Of a stretch of DNA of 64,000 bases, positions 47,281 to 57,672 are shown one piece after another. The position numbers were made by a program, and so were the translations under genes. This DNA comes from a virus (lineage: Duplodnaviria; Heunggongvirae; Uroviricota; Caudoviricetes): IMG/VR virus record IMGVR_UViG_3300031993_000032; one strand, given 5' to 3'. Position 1 is the first letter of the stretch, and each line of letters begins with the position of its first letter. The notes under the pieces are model-generated. The model saw only the letters and a program-made list of their open reading frames with translations. It searched no databases and was not told where the DNA came from.

Positions 47281-48456
47281 TTATTTGTCAATGTAACGCC
47301 GTCCGATCTGCCTTGCGGCCAGGATACAATCATCCATGTCCATGTAGCTGTATGTGCCAAGTCGACCGACAAACTGAACATTAGTCGGCTGAGATTCATG
47401 GTGCTGTACGTATTTGGCATACAGCGCCTGATTAGCCTCGTCGTTGACCGGATAGTACGGTTCCATGCCCTTCTTCCATTCAGAGGAATACTCGTAGCTC
47501 ACGATAGAGCCCTTAGTACCGTCATGCGGGCAGAACCACTTGTGCTCAATAGAGCGAGTATATGGTACATCGGTCGACGTGTAATTGCATACCGGGCAGC
47601 CTTGTACATTATCCGACTTGAATTCCTTTTCCTTGAACTTGACCGAACGGTACTTGAGCGCACCGAACTTGTATCCATAAAACTCATCGATACCGCCAGA
47701 ATAAAAGACCCTTTTACCCTTGATACCAAGTTCAGCAAGCTTCTGATATGGCGTGTCCAGCATAATATCCAAGCGGATGTCATCATATTTGTTTACTTCA
47801 TTGAACATATTCTCAATGACGCTTGTATAACCGTCGTCTGGCATCAGCTGGTACGTATCATTGAAATAATTATTGTCGAACGTAAAACGCACGGGGAGAC
47901 GCTTGATGATGCTAGCCGGAAGGTCTTCGCACTTCCGACCCCACTGCTTCTCTGTGTAGCCCTTGACGAGTGTATTGAAGATGGTCGTGCCGACCATTGA
48001 GATGGCTTGTTCGGCAAGGTTCTTCGGTTCCTTGATACCAGCTGCGTCGATTTCCTTCTGGATAGCAGCCTTGATTTCATCCGGTGTCGTAAGTCCTGGG
48101 AACAACTGCACGAACGTATTCATGTTGAATGGCATGTTGTACATTCGTTTCGTTCCGTCTGGCTGTGTAAACACGGCGATCGGCTGGTTGATGAACGGAC
48201 TCCATTCTCCGAACTGCTGGATATAGGACGCAGCAAAGTCATTGGACGTATGGAAAATATGGGCACCGTACTTATGTACGTCAATTCCGTTCTTCTTTTC
48301 GGTGTAGCAGTTACCGCCTATATGGTTACGACGGTCGATGACGAGCATCTTGATATTAGCATCCCAGCGGCTATTGCTTGCGATGGTTTCTGCGATGGTA
48401 GCGTTGGTTAGACCAGCGCCGACAAATATAAAGTCGTAGTTCTTTATGTATTTCAT
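47281..48456 (-). CDS. glf: UDP-galactopyranose mutase
   Basis: FIFVGAGLTNATIAE..LVIDRRNHIGGNCYTE..GIDVHKYGAHIFHT matches Glf. ORF trimmed to Met112. TATATT 6 nt upstream of the ATG. Confidence 0.85.
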   Translation of the reverse strand: MKYIKNYDFIFVGAGLTNATIAETIASNSRWDANIKMLVIDRRNHIGGNCYTEKKNGIDVHKYGAHIFHTSNDFAASYIQQFGEWSPFINQPIAVFTQPDGTKRMYNMPFNMNTFVQLFPGLTTPDEIKAAIQKEIDAAGIKEPKNLAEQAISMVGTTIFNTLVKGYTEKQWGRKCEDLPASIIKRLPVRFTFDNNYFNDTYQLMPDDGYTSVIENMFNEVNKYDDIRLDIMLDTPYQKLAELGIKGKRVFYSGGIDEFYGYKFGALKYRSVKFKEKEFKSDNVQGCPVCNYTSTDVPYTRSIEHKWFCPHDGTKGSIVSYEYSSEWKKGMEPYYPVNDEANQALYAKYVQHHESQPTNVQFVGRLGTYSYMDMDDCILAARQIGRRYIDK

Positions 48457-48507
48457 GCAGTTAATATAGCAAAAAGAACTATAAACGGCTATAAAAGGAG
48501 GTTCGAC

Positions 48508-49482
48508 ATGACTCCAGAAACAATCGCTAGCCGTGAGGCCAAGTTTGCCAATACCTTGACGGATTCGTCCGGCAAGAAGTTCACCGCTGGAAACCCGATC
48601 GATATCGGTGACGGCTTCAGCATCATTCCCATCAATCCTGGGTTCAAGACCTATTTCTACCAGACACGTACGGTAAAGACGCAGATATGCCTCCATTTCA
48701 CCGTAGGCGTGATTACAGGCGACGTTGCGTCCTTGACAAAGGAGAACAACCACATGTCGGTTCCGTACGTCGTAGACCGCTGTGGACACATCTACAGGCT
48801 TTTCGATGACGCCTTCTGGTCATACCACCTCGGATCCACCGCTATTGGCGGAAATGCAGTAATGTCAAAGCAGTCCATCGGTATCGAGATATCGAACTAC
48901 GGGCCCCTTAAGGACAAGGAACAGAACGGAAACTATCTCGACGCATACGGAAACCTATACACCAAGGATCCGGTAAACGTCGACTTCGTTTCGTATCGTG
49001 GATATAACTGCTATGCAAAGATGACGTCGGTGCAGAAACAAGCTATTGCTCACTTGCTTAAGTATCTGTCGGAGAAGCACGATATTCCGCTTACCTTCAA
49101 GGAACTGATCGGAGACGTGTTTGAATCTGCAGAACAAGCAGTCGCCTACAAAGGCATCTTCTGTCACTCGAACGTGAGGAAGGACAAGTACGACATGCCT
49201 CCGGAATTCACCTTGCAAATCAAGGACGCTCTTGATGAAATGAACAAGGTTGAGGAACCAGTTGCTGTAGAACCAGAACCTACCGAGGAGCAGGAACCAG
49301 TCGTGGAAGATCCTCAACCGGAGACCGATTTCGTCAAGCGTGATTTCGTCGTCAAGGAAACCGAAGACGGCGACCCTTACGTCGCCGAAGTGGAATCAAG
49401 TGAACCAGCCGAGGAGCAAGTCCATTTGACATGGTTCGACAATTTTGTGAACTGGATCAAGTCACTGTTTAAGTCTCGGTAG
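48508..49482 (+). CDS. N-acetylmuramoyl-L-alanine amidase (Amidase_2/PGRP, T7-lysozyme-like) with acidic C-terminal extension; probable lysin
   Basis: ICLHFTVG, SIGIEISNYG and CHSNV...DMPPEF motifs. AAAGGAGG RBS. Confidence 0.75.
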   Translation: MTPETIASREAKFANTLTDSSGKKFTAGNPIDIGDGFSIIPINPGFKTYFYQTRTVKTQICLHFTVGVITGDVASLTKENNHMSVPYVVDRCGHIYRLFDDAFWSYHLGSTAIGGNAVMSKQSIGIEISNYGPLKDKEQNGNYLDAYGNLYTKDPVNVDFVSYRGYNCYAKMTSVQKQAIAHLLKYLSEKHDIPLTFKELIGDVFESAEQAVAYKGIFCHSNVRKDKYDMPPEFTLQIKDALDEMNKVEEPVAVEPEPTEEQEPVVEDPQPETDFVKRDFVVKETEDGDPYVAEVESSEPAEEQVHLTWFDNFVNWIKSLFKSR

Positions 49483-50359
49483 GCTCTTTTTCGTTCGCAT
49501 ACAGCACAGCATCTTCGCCACGGAAAATAACGTCCGTGGCGTTCTTGATATCGTCGATACCAGCGGCTGGACTGTTTAACGGCATGTAAATAGGATCCAG
49601 CTGATATGGAAGACTATTGCTCCACGAGGTGGCCAGTTTCACGTAGTATTCCTGGATTTCCGTACGGATACATGTATCAGGAATCTTCGCCGCCACTTCT
49701 GGTTTCAGCTTGCTGCGGTCGATGTCTACCGGCTTTTCCACGTTGACACGGTGATAGAACGTACCGTAGCGAGCTTCCATAGGATAGCCCTTCCAGTCGC
49801 TACCGATGATTTTGAGCTTTTCGTCCGTGTTCAGACCGTCGCATTTCTTGTGGCCGACCTTGTATCGAGCTGCAGAGCTTACGGCATTACGGACAGCATC
49901 ACGGTAACGGAAACGCAGCGCATTGACTGCTTCCCATTCATCCGGCACGTTGAATACACGGCAGTCGAACAGCGGTAAGCCAACCGTTGGAGTGTCTGGA
50001 TCGATGAACTTACTGAACCAATAGGTAGCGGTCGACGCAATGACGCTGTTCATCTTGGACAACTTACCACTCAAGAAAGCTTCCGTAGTCGGCTTGAACA
50101 GCAGAGTGATTTCATCGGACTGCACATAGGTCAAGATAGGGTCAAACGTCTCTGTCAGCTTCTTGGCGGTCTCTTGCATAGCCTTGACGAAACGATTGTC
50201 GAACGGCTTGTGTATCCGCTTGGTATAGGTATGGAACGCCTTGCCGTCCACACGAGCGATGAACGGCAGCGATGGGTCAATTTTGTGTTCGGTAAACTGG
50301 TGTTCGTATGCCTTGATACGGTCGCCAAGCTTCATAGTATCTGATTGTATTCTTTCCAT
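49469..50359 (-). CDS. thg1: Thg1-like tRNA-His guanylyltransferase (3'-5' nucleotidyltransferase) with about 90-aa C-terminal extension
   Basis: KLGDRIKAYE...FIARVDGKAFHTYTKRIHKPFDNRF...YVQSDEITLLF matches the Thg1 core. ATG 7 nt after promoter 50367-50395. Confidence 0.7.
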   Translation of the reverse strand: MERIQSDTMKLGDRIKAYEHQFTEHKIDPSLPFIARVDGKAFHTYTKRIHKPFDNRFVKAMQETAKKLTETFDPILTYVQSDEITLLFKPTTEAFLSGKLSKMNSVIASTATYWFSKFIDPDTPTVGLPLFDCRVFNVPDEWEAVNALRFRYRDAVRNAVSSAARYKVGHKKCDGLNTDEKLKIIGSDWKGYPMEARYGTFYHRVNVEKPVDIDRSKLKPEVAAKIPDTCIRTEIQEYYVKLATSWSNSLPYQLDPIYMPLNSPAAGIDDIKNATDVIFRGEDAVLYANEKEPTET

Positions 50360-50570
50360 ACTTGACAATATAGCAATTAAGAGTAAAATTGTCTACGATA
50401 AAAGCGAAATCCATCGCATTTGCGATGGATTGTCCTTTATGCTTGATTTTCCGTGAGTATTTCTTCTTGTCAAGAACCAGCCGAGTGCGAAGTGTCGCAC
50501 CGTTGCCAGTCCCGGCAATCCTTGCGGCCCGTTGGGTTCTCGTTTCCTTGATGTGTTCTATATTGCTCAT
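50277..50570 (-). CDS. small basic protein (97 aa) whose reading frame runs through the thg1 promoter and the first 90 nt of thg1
   Basis: ORF track. Promoter TTGACA-N16-TATATT at 50580-50607 with the ATG 9 nt downstream. Confidence 0.4.
   Translation of the reverse strand: MSNIEHIKETRTQRAARIAGTGNGATLRTRLVLDKKKYSRKIKHKGQSIANAMDFAFIVDNFTLNCYIVKYGKNTIRYYEAWRPYQGIRTPVYRTQN
50367..50395 (-). promoter_or_regulatory. sigma-70-type promoter TAGACA-N17-TATATT, leaderless
   Basis: Read directly from the sequence. Confidence 0.55.
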
Positions 50571-50609
50571 AATGTACCAAATATAGGAATTTAACTCTAT
50601 GTGTCAAGA

Positions 50610-53129
50610 CTATTTTTCATCGGTGTCTTTCTTGCCTTTCCATTTATCGAACCGATGCGATACCTCGTCGGAATAATGATACGGAGATTCTTCATCATCG
50701 TTATCCTCATCATCTTCCGACATACGTCCGCTAGCATCCAACTGCCTCATTTGATTATCATACGCAGCTAACGCCCTTTCGTCTTCTGGAAGGTCAGAAT
50801 AATTGCGGAGCTGGTTATTATCATCTACATACTGGCCATTGAACTCCTGGTTCACATCGATGTCCGGTGCGAGATACATGCGGCTTGTCTTGGTTCCCTT
50901 CGGAAGATTCGACAGCGGTTCTTGTGGCGCACTGGAATCATCATACAAAGACTTGACAATCTTGATAACAAGCGGGTCGATCTTATAAATGATGTTTCCT
51001 TCCTTATCAAGCTTCTCGGTAGCATTGTTTCGAATAGCTCTATGGATCGTCGAAGTGACCTGGTTTCCGGATGCGCCAAGATACCATTCTAGGAATTCTG
51101 GCGACAGTCGATCACCGTCCAATTCAATTTCAACCCAGTGATTATTAAACGAACATTCTGCGTGAACTTTATGGTCGTCCTTATACTTTGTAGTAATCCT
51201 ACCGCCACCAGTCGCAAGATATCCGTCGCCATAGATACTACATTCAGCTTCGATAGGCACTTGCTTGCCATCTTTCAGCGTAGTGATATTGTAGTAGAAG
51301 TCGCCGAAGTTCATCTTGGAATTGAAATTACTCTTATGGTCAGGACCATAACCAAATACACCAGGTCCAAACGTATTTACAAACGCATCACGTACGTCTA
51401 GCAAGAGCGATCCCACCGGAGAAGAACTCTGGAAGCGGAGCACCTTGGCTGTCTTTGCCAATGTGTTTTCTTTGTGCTGGATCACATTTTTCTTTAAGTT
51501 ATGCGGCAACGGGTTATCTACAGACCCAGTGCATACATGTACAATTTCCGCAGCCAACAGCTGGCCTAGATTACGGACTTCAGTTCCGTCATAAGAAAGA
51601 CTCTGCTTAAAGATCGAATTGTTGGACATTCGATATGCCTTTTTATTTGTAATCTGGCATAAAATTTTGACTTCTGATCCAGAACGCTCAATAAAGCATG
51701 CAACCGGAATAGTCATACTTGTCGTCTGCGAAATGATGTTGACATGCAATTCGCTTTCATATTCCGGCAATACGGTAAAGTAATACGAGGTCGAGGTATA
51801 GATATTGTCCAGAGGAAGCTTTGCACTCTTGTAGATGTCGTTGGTAAAGTATTTAACCGACTGTTCGATGTCGCAAGCAACCGCTGACAGTGAGATAAGT
51901 TCACGAACAATTTCCAAGGCACGCTCGATGTTGATTCGGTCGATTGTTTCAGTACCACCTCGACCAGAGTTATAGCTAAGGATTGCCGTTCTGGTATCAT
52001 CGCCAGACAGCACAATCAAGTCGTTCGCTGTCACCTTATTCTGGTCAGAAATATAGTTGACGTCGCCGTCCACGTATATCGCAGCAATCGTTCCCATCAT
52101 CGGGCATGAATAGGATATACAGAAACGTCTCTTGGTAGAACGAGTTACAGCGACCCTAACCTTCAGCGAATCCAGCGGATATATGTCATAGAAATCATCG
52201 ATACCATAGCCGATAACCGGTTCAGATTGCAATAGCTTTGAATCGCTGGCAATTTTGCTGTCCGCCGATTTGATCGGCATGTCACGCTGTTGCAAAGTAC
52301 CGACATATCCTAGTGCGATTCGGTGTTTTTCGGTGACTTGCTTATCGGTGGTTTCACGATCAACTATCGTACGGTCGTTTTCGACAATTGACCATCCTTC
52401 GACAATATCATTTATTTTGGAATAGACTGATTTTTCGTCGGTATCGTCAGCAGTCAGTGAATCCTTGGTTGATACATGGTCGGCATGCGTACTTAAACGA
52501 TGTTCGGTGCCAGTATTCAAATATCTGGCGATTGCAATTGCGTCATTTTCGAATATGATATGGTATAGCGGAACCATTTCGCCGGTTTCATAGGATACCA
52601 GGTCAACGGTCAAACGGTTAACCTTGGACAGCGGTTGGTTCAACGTAGCATTTTCATCAGACTGGTCAAGCTTTACTCGTTCTTTACCGTCGATAATACA
52701 CATGATATCCAACGGAGATGAAGTCGATGGATAGATCCGGTGGTATTCGTCACTACGTGCGCTATCATATACACAACCGACGTTCACGATTTGGTACAAT
52801 ATATGGCTTACCAAGTATTGGTAGGTCAGTAAAAGATTAGTCAACATTGATACACTACTGTCGTCCAACTGCATCGTTGCCATGTTCACTGTCAATCGGA
52901 TCTTACGTATGCCATTCGACAATATAATGAACATCTTGTCAGTCGATGCAGATTGCATCGTCTTAAGAATCCATTGATTCTTGTAACCAGCACCCACGGT
53001 AATTTTCGCTATATATTCAGTATGTGCCGCATTTTGCTGCAATTGATTCAACTTGACACCAATTGTCCTACATATAGGCAGCATGAATATATTGTTAAGC
53101 AACGTGCGGATTTGGAGATTGGTCAACAT
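50610..53129 (-). CDS. large hypothetical protein (839 aa), acidic C-terminus
   Basis: ORF track. Start uncertain: M1 has an AAGG RBS. Candidate promoter TTGACC-N17-TTAAAT at about 53190. Confidence 0.5.
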   Translation of the reverse strand: MLTNLQIRTLLNNIFMLPICRTIGVKLNQLQQNAAHTEYIAKITVGAGYKNQWILKTMQSASTDKMFIILSNGIRKIRLTVNMATMQLDDSSVSMLTNLLLTYQYLVSHILYQIVNVGCVYDSARSDEYHRIYPSTSSPLDIMCIIDGKERVKLDQSDENATLNQPLSKVNRLTVDLVSYETGEMVPLYHIIFENDAIAIARYLNTGTEHRLSTHADHVSTKDSLTADDTDEKSVYSKINDIVEGWSIVENDRTIVDRETTDKQVTEKHRIALGYVGTLQQRDMPIKSADSKIASDSKLLQSEPVIGYGIDDFYDIYPLDSLKVRVAVTRSTKRRFCISYSCPMMGTIAAIYVDGDVNYISDQNKVTANDLIVLSGDDTRTAILSYNSGRGGTETIDRINIERALEIVRELISLSAVACDIEQSVKYFTNDIYKSAKLPLDNIYTSTSYYFTVLPEYESELHVNIISQTTSMTIPVACFIERSGSEVKILCQITNKKAYRMSNNSIFKQSLSYDGTEVRNLGQLLAAEIVHVCTGSVDNPLPHNLKKNVIQHKENTLAKTAKVLRFQSSSPVGSLLLDVRDAFVNTFGPGVFGYGPDHKSNFNSKMNFGDFYYNITTLKDGKQVPIEAECSIYGDGYLATGGGRITTKYKDDHKVHAECSFNNHWVEIELDGDRLSPEFLEWYLGASGNQVTSTIHRAIRNNATEKLDKEGNIIYKIDPLVIKIVKSLYDDSSAPQEPLSNLPKGTKTSRMYLAPDIDVNQEFNGQYVDDNNQLRNYSDLPEDERALAAYDNQMRQLDASGRMSEDDEDNDDEESPYHYSDEVSHRFDKWKGKKDTDEK

Positions 53130-53226
53130 AGTATACCTTGTTTACTATATGCGCAGTTTATCATTTCATAACGGCATCGCATTTAAAAATTATATAAACT
53201 TAAGGTCAAATCGATGGAGCAATCCA

Positions 53227-55095
53227 ATGAATCTTTTTGACGAAAAACTTGCGGAATTCACTACGCCAGATAATGCGGTCTACTTGGAAGCCGTATCCCA
53301 CATGTACAAGGTCTTGTTCGAGGAACAGATCGACAACGCTCAAGAACAATCCACCGAGGAACCAGCTGCAGAAGATACCAAACAGCAGCCGGATGCCGAG
53401 GTTCGTCAACATTTGCTGGATATTGCCCAGAAGGTGTATGATGCTGGCGAACGACTCAAGAACGAAAAGGACATGAGGGACAACAGCAAGCCGTCCCTAA
53501 TCTCGTATTTCGTTAAGCCGGCAACGGAAGACCCGATCTATGACTCCGCCGACCAAACTAAGCAGAATCAATATGACACTTGGTCATTATTCAAGCACTG
53601 TCTTGAAACCCCAACCATGTCAAATTATGATCTGTTCAAGAACCTTTACAACATTGCTGCTCGTTTGATCCAGAATACAAAGATCGTAAACGACAAGACT
53701 TGGCAGCAGAATTTGAGAATCGGTAAAGTTCCCAATGCTCAAATTCAATCTGCTCTGAATTTCCGTGATAATTTGCTGAGCGAGTTTACACAGTATCTTG
53801 TTTCTCTGGCCAATGACCATAGCAGGGCTCCGTCGATGTTCAAGCGTCCGGCCAAGGACAAGAATGTCTATCTGGGTAACGACTTCTTCAATACGACGAC
53901 CAATACAACTGACGCCGCCGATACAGCTGCAGCTACACCTAACGGCAAGGCTCCGAAGACTGGCAAGAAAACCACTAAGGAAGAAAAGTCAGCCGCTCAA
54001 GAAGACGAAGTTCCGACCAACTTTATCGATGGTAGTTCCGTCAGCGCAGACGCCAATCACTTGATTATCTCCGCAGAAAACATGCCCCCACAAGATGCGA
54101 ATCGCATTATCAATTACCTGAATAATTCATTGAACGAATTGCTGCAGTCTAAGGGTAAAGCTCTTAGCCTTCGTCGTGAATCATTTGTCTTTGAGTATCA
54201 GCAAGGCACTGGTACTGGCGCTGGGTCAGACGCCGTGTCCGAAGATGATCTGCTCAATGACACCGGTTCAAGCAATGGTACGCTCAAGCTCTACATTGAC
54301 CAAAAATATACCGATGATCAGACCAACATGAATCTGTACAACATTTCCGAAGTTGCATTGTACTGCCTTTACATGGATGCTCGAATCAAGGATATCATCG
54401 CTGCCCCGATGAAGGTTGATGGTGCAAGCATTATTGTTCAAGACAACTACAATGGACGTGGCTTTATCAATAAGCTCGCAAAGCATTACGAAATTTCCGT
54501 ATATGACAAGGTGAACCTACCGGGTGTAAGCGAAATTGCTGGAATGTTGAACATGCCAGCCACCTCTGGTCTCGCACAGCAAATTGCCGCAGCTATCTAT
54601 AGCTATATTAGCGATACCTTCAATCCAAAACTCATTGCACAGTTTAATGGCGCTAATGAAGAAGAACTTCGCCAGTATAAGACAATTTTCAACAAGGCAA
54701 TTGCGAACGTTGTTGATATCATGAACCACAAGGGTTCTAATACCGAAGATAAGCTCCGTGGAAAGGTATCCAATGCTGGCGGCATTGACAAGGGCAAGGT
54801 TCTTGGAATTGTCGGCAACTCCGATGTCTTTACAAAGCTCTTGGCTGATATCCAAGCCAATTCGGCAAAGGATAGCGATCCGTCCGCAAACGCTATTCAA
54901 GATTACAATACCTTGGCAGCGAATGTGATCACGTATTGCCGTAATGATAACCAGAACAAGCGCATGGAAAATCACAACGAATACCGTGCATTCGTGAACG
55001 ATGACTTCACTCGTGACGAAGACGATATTGCTAATGAAGAGTTCCAGCAGTCTGACAACCAATCCAAGTTGGCTGGGTTTGCATCGGCTCGATAA
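53227..55095 (+). CDS. large N/Q/D/K-rich hypothetical protein (623 aa)
   Basis: ORF 53053..55095 trimmed to Met59 after an ATGGAG RBS. Terminator at 55108-55140. Confidence 0.55.
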   Translation: MNLFDEKLAEFTTPDNAVYLEAVSHMYKVLFEEQIDNAQEQSTEEPAAEDTKQQPDAEVRQHLLDIAQKVYDAGERLKNEKDMRDNSKPSLISYFVKPATEDPIYDSADQTKQNQYDTWSLFKHCLETPTMSNYDLFKNLYNIAARLIQNTKIVNDKTWQQNLRIGKVPNAQIQSALNFRDNLLSEFTQYLVSLANDHSRAPSMFKRPAKDKNVYLGNDFFNTTTNTTDAADTAAATPNGKAPKTGKKTTKEEKSAAQEDEVPTNFIDGSSVSADANHLIISAENMPPQDANRIINYLNNSLNELLQSKGKALSLRRESFVFEYQQGTGTGAGSDAVSEDDLLNDTGSSNGTLKLYIDQKYTDDQTNMNLYNISEVALYCLYMDARIKDIIAAPMKVDGASIIVQDNYNGRGFINKLAKHYEISVYDKVNLPGVSEIAGMLNMPATSGLAQQIAAAIYSYISDTFNPKLIAQFNGANEEELRQYKTIFNKAIANVVDIMNHKGSNTEDKLRGKVSNAGGIDKGKVLGIVGNSDVFTKLLADIQANSAKDSDPSANAIQDYNTLAANVITYCRNDNQNKRMENHNEYRAFVNDDFTRDEDDIANEEFQQSDNQSKLAGFASAR

Positions 55096-55107
55096 TTGAA
55101 ACATCCA

Positions 55108-55140
55108 TGAAACGAAACAAGCTCGATTCTGTCGAGCTTG
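55108..55140. terminator. terminator AACAAGCTCGATTCTGTCGAGCTTGTTTTTTATTT
   Basis: Read directly from the sequence. Confidence 0.6.
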
Positions 55141-55149
55141 TTTTTTATT

Positions 55150-55500
55150 TCACTTGTCATTGCTTACGATTACCGGATTGTGCCCAATAACTCGTACTTG
55201 CCGTAATTCCTTCAGACTGACATCTATCGATAAGTCAGACGTGGCATGCTTGTCGCCGCAGTAACCCTTGATATACCGATATGGCGTGGCCGTAAACGAT
55301 ATGATGTCTCCTGGAGACATACGAGCGAACGCATTGCACCATTTCACCCAGATATGATCGCATAGTACATGGTCTTGCTCGTCACGCAGCATAATGAGCA
55401 ACGCATTCCTATCCTTGCCGGATCGACCAGCACGGATGTAGGTCGCATTATACTTGTGAGGCGTCAGCGTAGCACCAAGATTCCTAATTCCATTCGTCAT
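55150..55500 (-). CDS. hypothetical protein
   Basis: ORF 55150..55608, start uncertain (Met37 chosen). Confidence 0.4.
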   Translation of the reverse strand: MTNGIRNLGATLTPHKYNATYIRAGRSGKDRNALLIMLRDEQDHVLCDHIWVKWCNAFARMSPGDIISFTATPYRYIKGYCGDKHATSDLSIDVSLKELRQVRVIGHNPVIVSNDK

Positions 55501-55669
55501 TGTCGGCGAGTTCACTGAGTCGACTGTAGGACTCGTCGCCGAATGACAGTTCTTGGGTTTCTTCGACATCTTCGGGCTCCTCAATAATAGATTCATCTTG
55601 CTCTTCAATGAGCTCGTTCTCGTTTTCAGCTTCCAGTTCGTTATACTCGATCGGTTTCTTCTTTGCCAT
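55484..55669 (-). CDS. small highly acidic protein (61 aa)
   Basis: ORF track. GAGGT RBS. Confidence 0.5.
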   Translation of the reverse strand: MAKKKPIEYNELEAENENELIEEQDESIIEEPEDVEETQELSFGDESYSRLSELADNDEWN

Positions 55670-56117
55670 TTTGCTTACCTCGTGCGTCGTCTCGCATAGC
55701 CGTCAGAATTGACGTTACGGTTTCATTCTTGTTTATCACTAGCAAAGAAACTAAGTATTCCAGATCGAAGACAAACAAGTACTTTCCGTTTTCTTCATAG
55801 GCAAATTCGTCTGTATCGGTAACATACTGCATACCGAAATCGGTCATTTCCTTCGACAAGGTAGCCATGAACTCCTTGTCATCGATCTTCGCCTTGACCG
55901 CCAGCGTATGGGCAACATTCTTCATCATTTCACCCATAATTGCCCGTACCTTGGCCAAGTCATACGTCTTGCTGACATCGTTGGTCAACCAAGGAACGCT
56001 GAACTCGATGTTCGGTTCGCACTCACGGTAGACCATCAAGTTACGGTCTTCGTCATAGTCGAACAAGTTATTCTCGAACAGCCGTATCACGCTGCTGCTA
56101 TTTATCATCGTCGCCAT
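55641..56117 (-). CDS. hypothetical protein (158 aa); its RBS is supplied by the IS right-end terminal sequence
   Basis: ORF track. GAGGCAGGA lies 11 nt upstream of the ATG. Confidence 0.5.
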   Translation of the reverse strand: MATMINSSSVIRLFENNLFDYDEDRNLMVYRECEPNIEFSVPWLTNDVSKTYDLAKVRAIMGEMMKNVAHTLAVKAKIDDKEFMATLSKEMTDFGMQYVTDTDEFAYEENGKYLFVFDLEYLVSLLVINKNETVTSILTAMRDDARGKQNGKEETDRV

Positions 56118-56124
56118 TTATATC

Positions 56125-57591
56125 CTGCCTCATAAAATGTATATAAAGGTATAGATGACCTAAATATAGCAATTTACGGTTGCGTTAGCAACTTGGTTCC
56201 ATAGACGATTAAAGAAATCGTCCACCATAGCCATCCTACCATCTCTGGTAAGTAGGCGATGAGCATCAACCTCGGTAGTTTCACCAGTTCCCGAAAGGGA
56301 AGAGGCCAGAGCTACCAAGTCCGCTGGTGTGAATTTCCGACGGGCAATGTCGGTATTAAAACGATTATTTAGTTCAATGAACAAGGCTTCGGCAAGGATA
56401 TTGATGGCGGCATTGGTATCCCTATCGATAACCAGACCACATTTCTCGCAGACATACTCTCGTTCGGACAATGAAAGTTTTTCTTTCACATGCCCACAAC
56501 CGGAACATTTCTTTGACGACGGGAAGAACCGTCCGACTTTTAAGAGCAATGTTCCGTACTTGGCACTCTTGTATTCTAGGAACCTACGAATCATGCCGAA
56601 TCCGCAGTCAGAAATGACCGACGCCAACTTGTGGTTGGTCATCATTCCCTTTACATTCAAGTCCTCTATGGCGACAACCATGTTATGCTTAACGATTTCT
56701 GTCGTCGCCTTGTGTATCAAGTCCTTTCTGAAGTTCTTGATATAGGTATTCGTCTTATTAAACGTCTTCTTGATATCCTTGTAATGTACTGAATTGTACT
56801 TCCGGCGGGACATCATCCTCTGATATCTCTTTAGTCGCTTATAATGCCTCTTGTTGATATGCTCGTTAGCGACACATTCGCCGGTAGACAGCTGCATCAG
56901 CGTCTTAACGCCCATATCTATGCCGACAAGACCGTTAACATCTGTTCCGTACAAACGTTGGGTGTCATCGTAAGTATAGGATATCGAGATGTACCAACGG
57001 TCGTTGCTTCCTTTGGATATAACGAAGTTGTTTATCTTACCGGATAGGCATTCGTACCGTACTGGCTCCGCCAGTCTGACTGGAAGCTTGATTAACGGCA
57101 ACTTGATATGAATAGGATCGACAATCCTAGCATGGTCGTTCTCTATGTAGAACGAACGCTTAGACTTGTATTTCTTTCGCTTGGGAAAGCCGAACAGATC
57201 TGGATTCTCGTAATGCCGTTTCTTGGCTAGAACGAAGTTCTTGATGGCTTGATTCATAGAGCCTTTGGGACTCTCGTACATCCAGTCAGTCTTTTGTTCG
57301 TTGAATTCCTTGCGGAGTTCCGCACACGTCACCGATTTCTGGCCAGCAGCTTTCTTGGCAAACCAGGTATCCCTAGCCCAGTTATATGCGTAGCGAGCAC
57401 AACCGCATGCTCGGTTCAATGCGCTTGCTGTCTTGCTATCGACTATCAACATTATTTTCTGGGCTGTACTTATCATACACACAAGAAATGCCCCGGTAAC
57501 GCCTATTGTGGTATTTAACGTTACCGGAGCACCGAAAACTCTTCAATTAGAACAAGAAATACCACTAACTTATTCTATAACGAAGTTTATA
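56125..57591 (-). mobile_element. IS200/IS605-family tnpB-only element, copy 3 (inverted relative to copy 1, about 10 percent diverged)
   Basis: Ends mapped by aligning this copy to 24357-25837. Compensatory left-end hairpin GCTCCGGTAACG/CGTTACCGGGGC versus GCCCTGAAGAC/GTCTTCGGGGC. Confidence 0.65.
56160..57476 (-). CDS. tnpB: TnpB (OrfB_IS605), 438 aa
   Basis: About 90 percent identical to the 24474..25790 product. Trimmed to the ATG matching the copy-1 start. Confidence 0.85.
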   Translation of the reverse strand: MISTAQKIMLIVDSKTASALNRACGCARYAYNWARDTWFAKKAAGQKSVTCAELRKEFNEQKTDWMYESPKGSMNQAIKNFVLAKKRHYENPDLFGFPKRKKYKSKRSFYIENDHARIVDPIHIKLPLIKLPVRLAEPVRYECLSGKINNFVISKGSNDRWYISISYTYDDTQRLYGTDVNGLVGIDMGVKTLMQLSTGECVANEHINKRHYKRLKRYQRMMSRRKYNSVHYKDIKKTFNKTNTYIKNFRKDLIHKATTEIVKHNMVVAIEDLNVKGMMTNHKLASVISDCGFGMIRRFLEYKSAKYGTLLLKVGRFFPSSKKCSGCGHVKEKLSLSEREYVCEKCGLVIDRDTNAAINILAEALFIELNNRFNTDIARRKFTPADLVALASSLSGTGETTEVDAHRLLTRDGRMAMVDDFFNRLWNQVANATVNCYI

Positions 57592-57672
57592 GCATTCGCA
57601 TCTTGAATTCATGCGGTGTTCATGAAAAGGCTGTTATTTTTTATTTACAATTCAATACATTCATATATTGTT

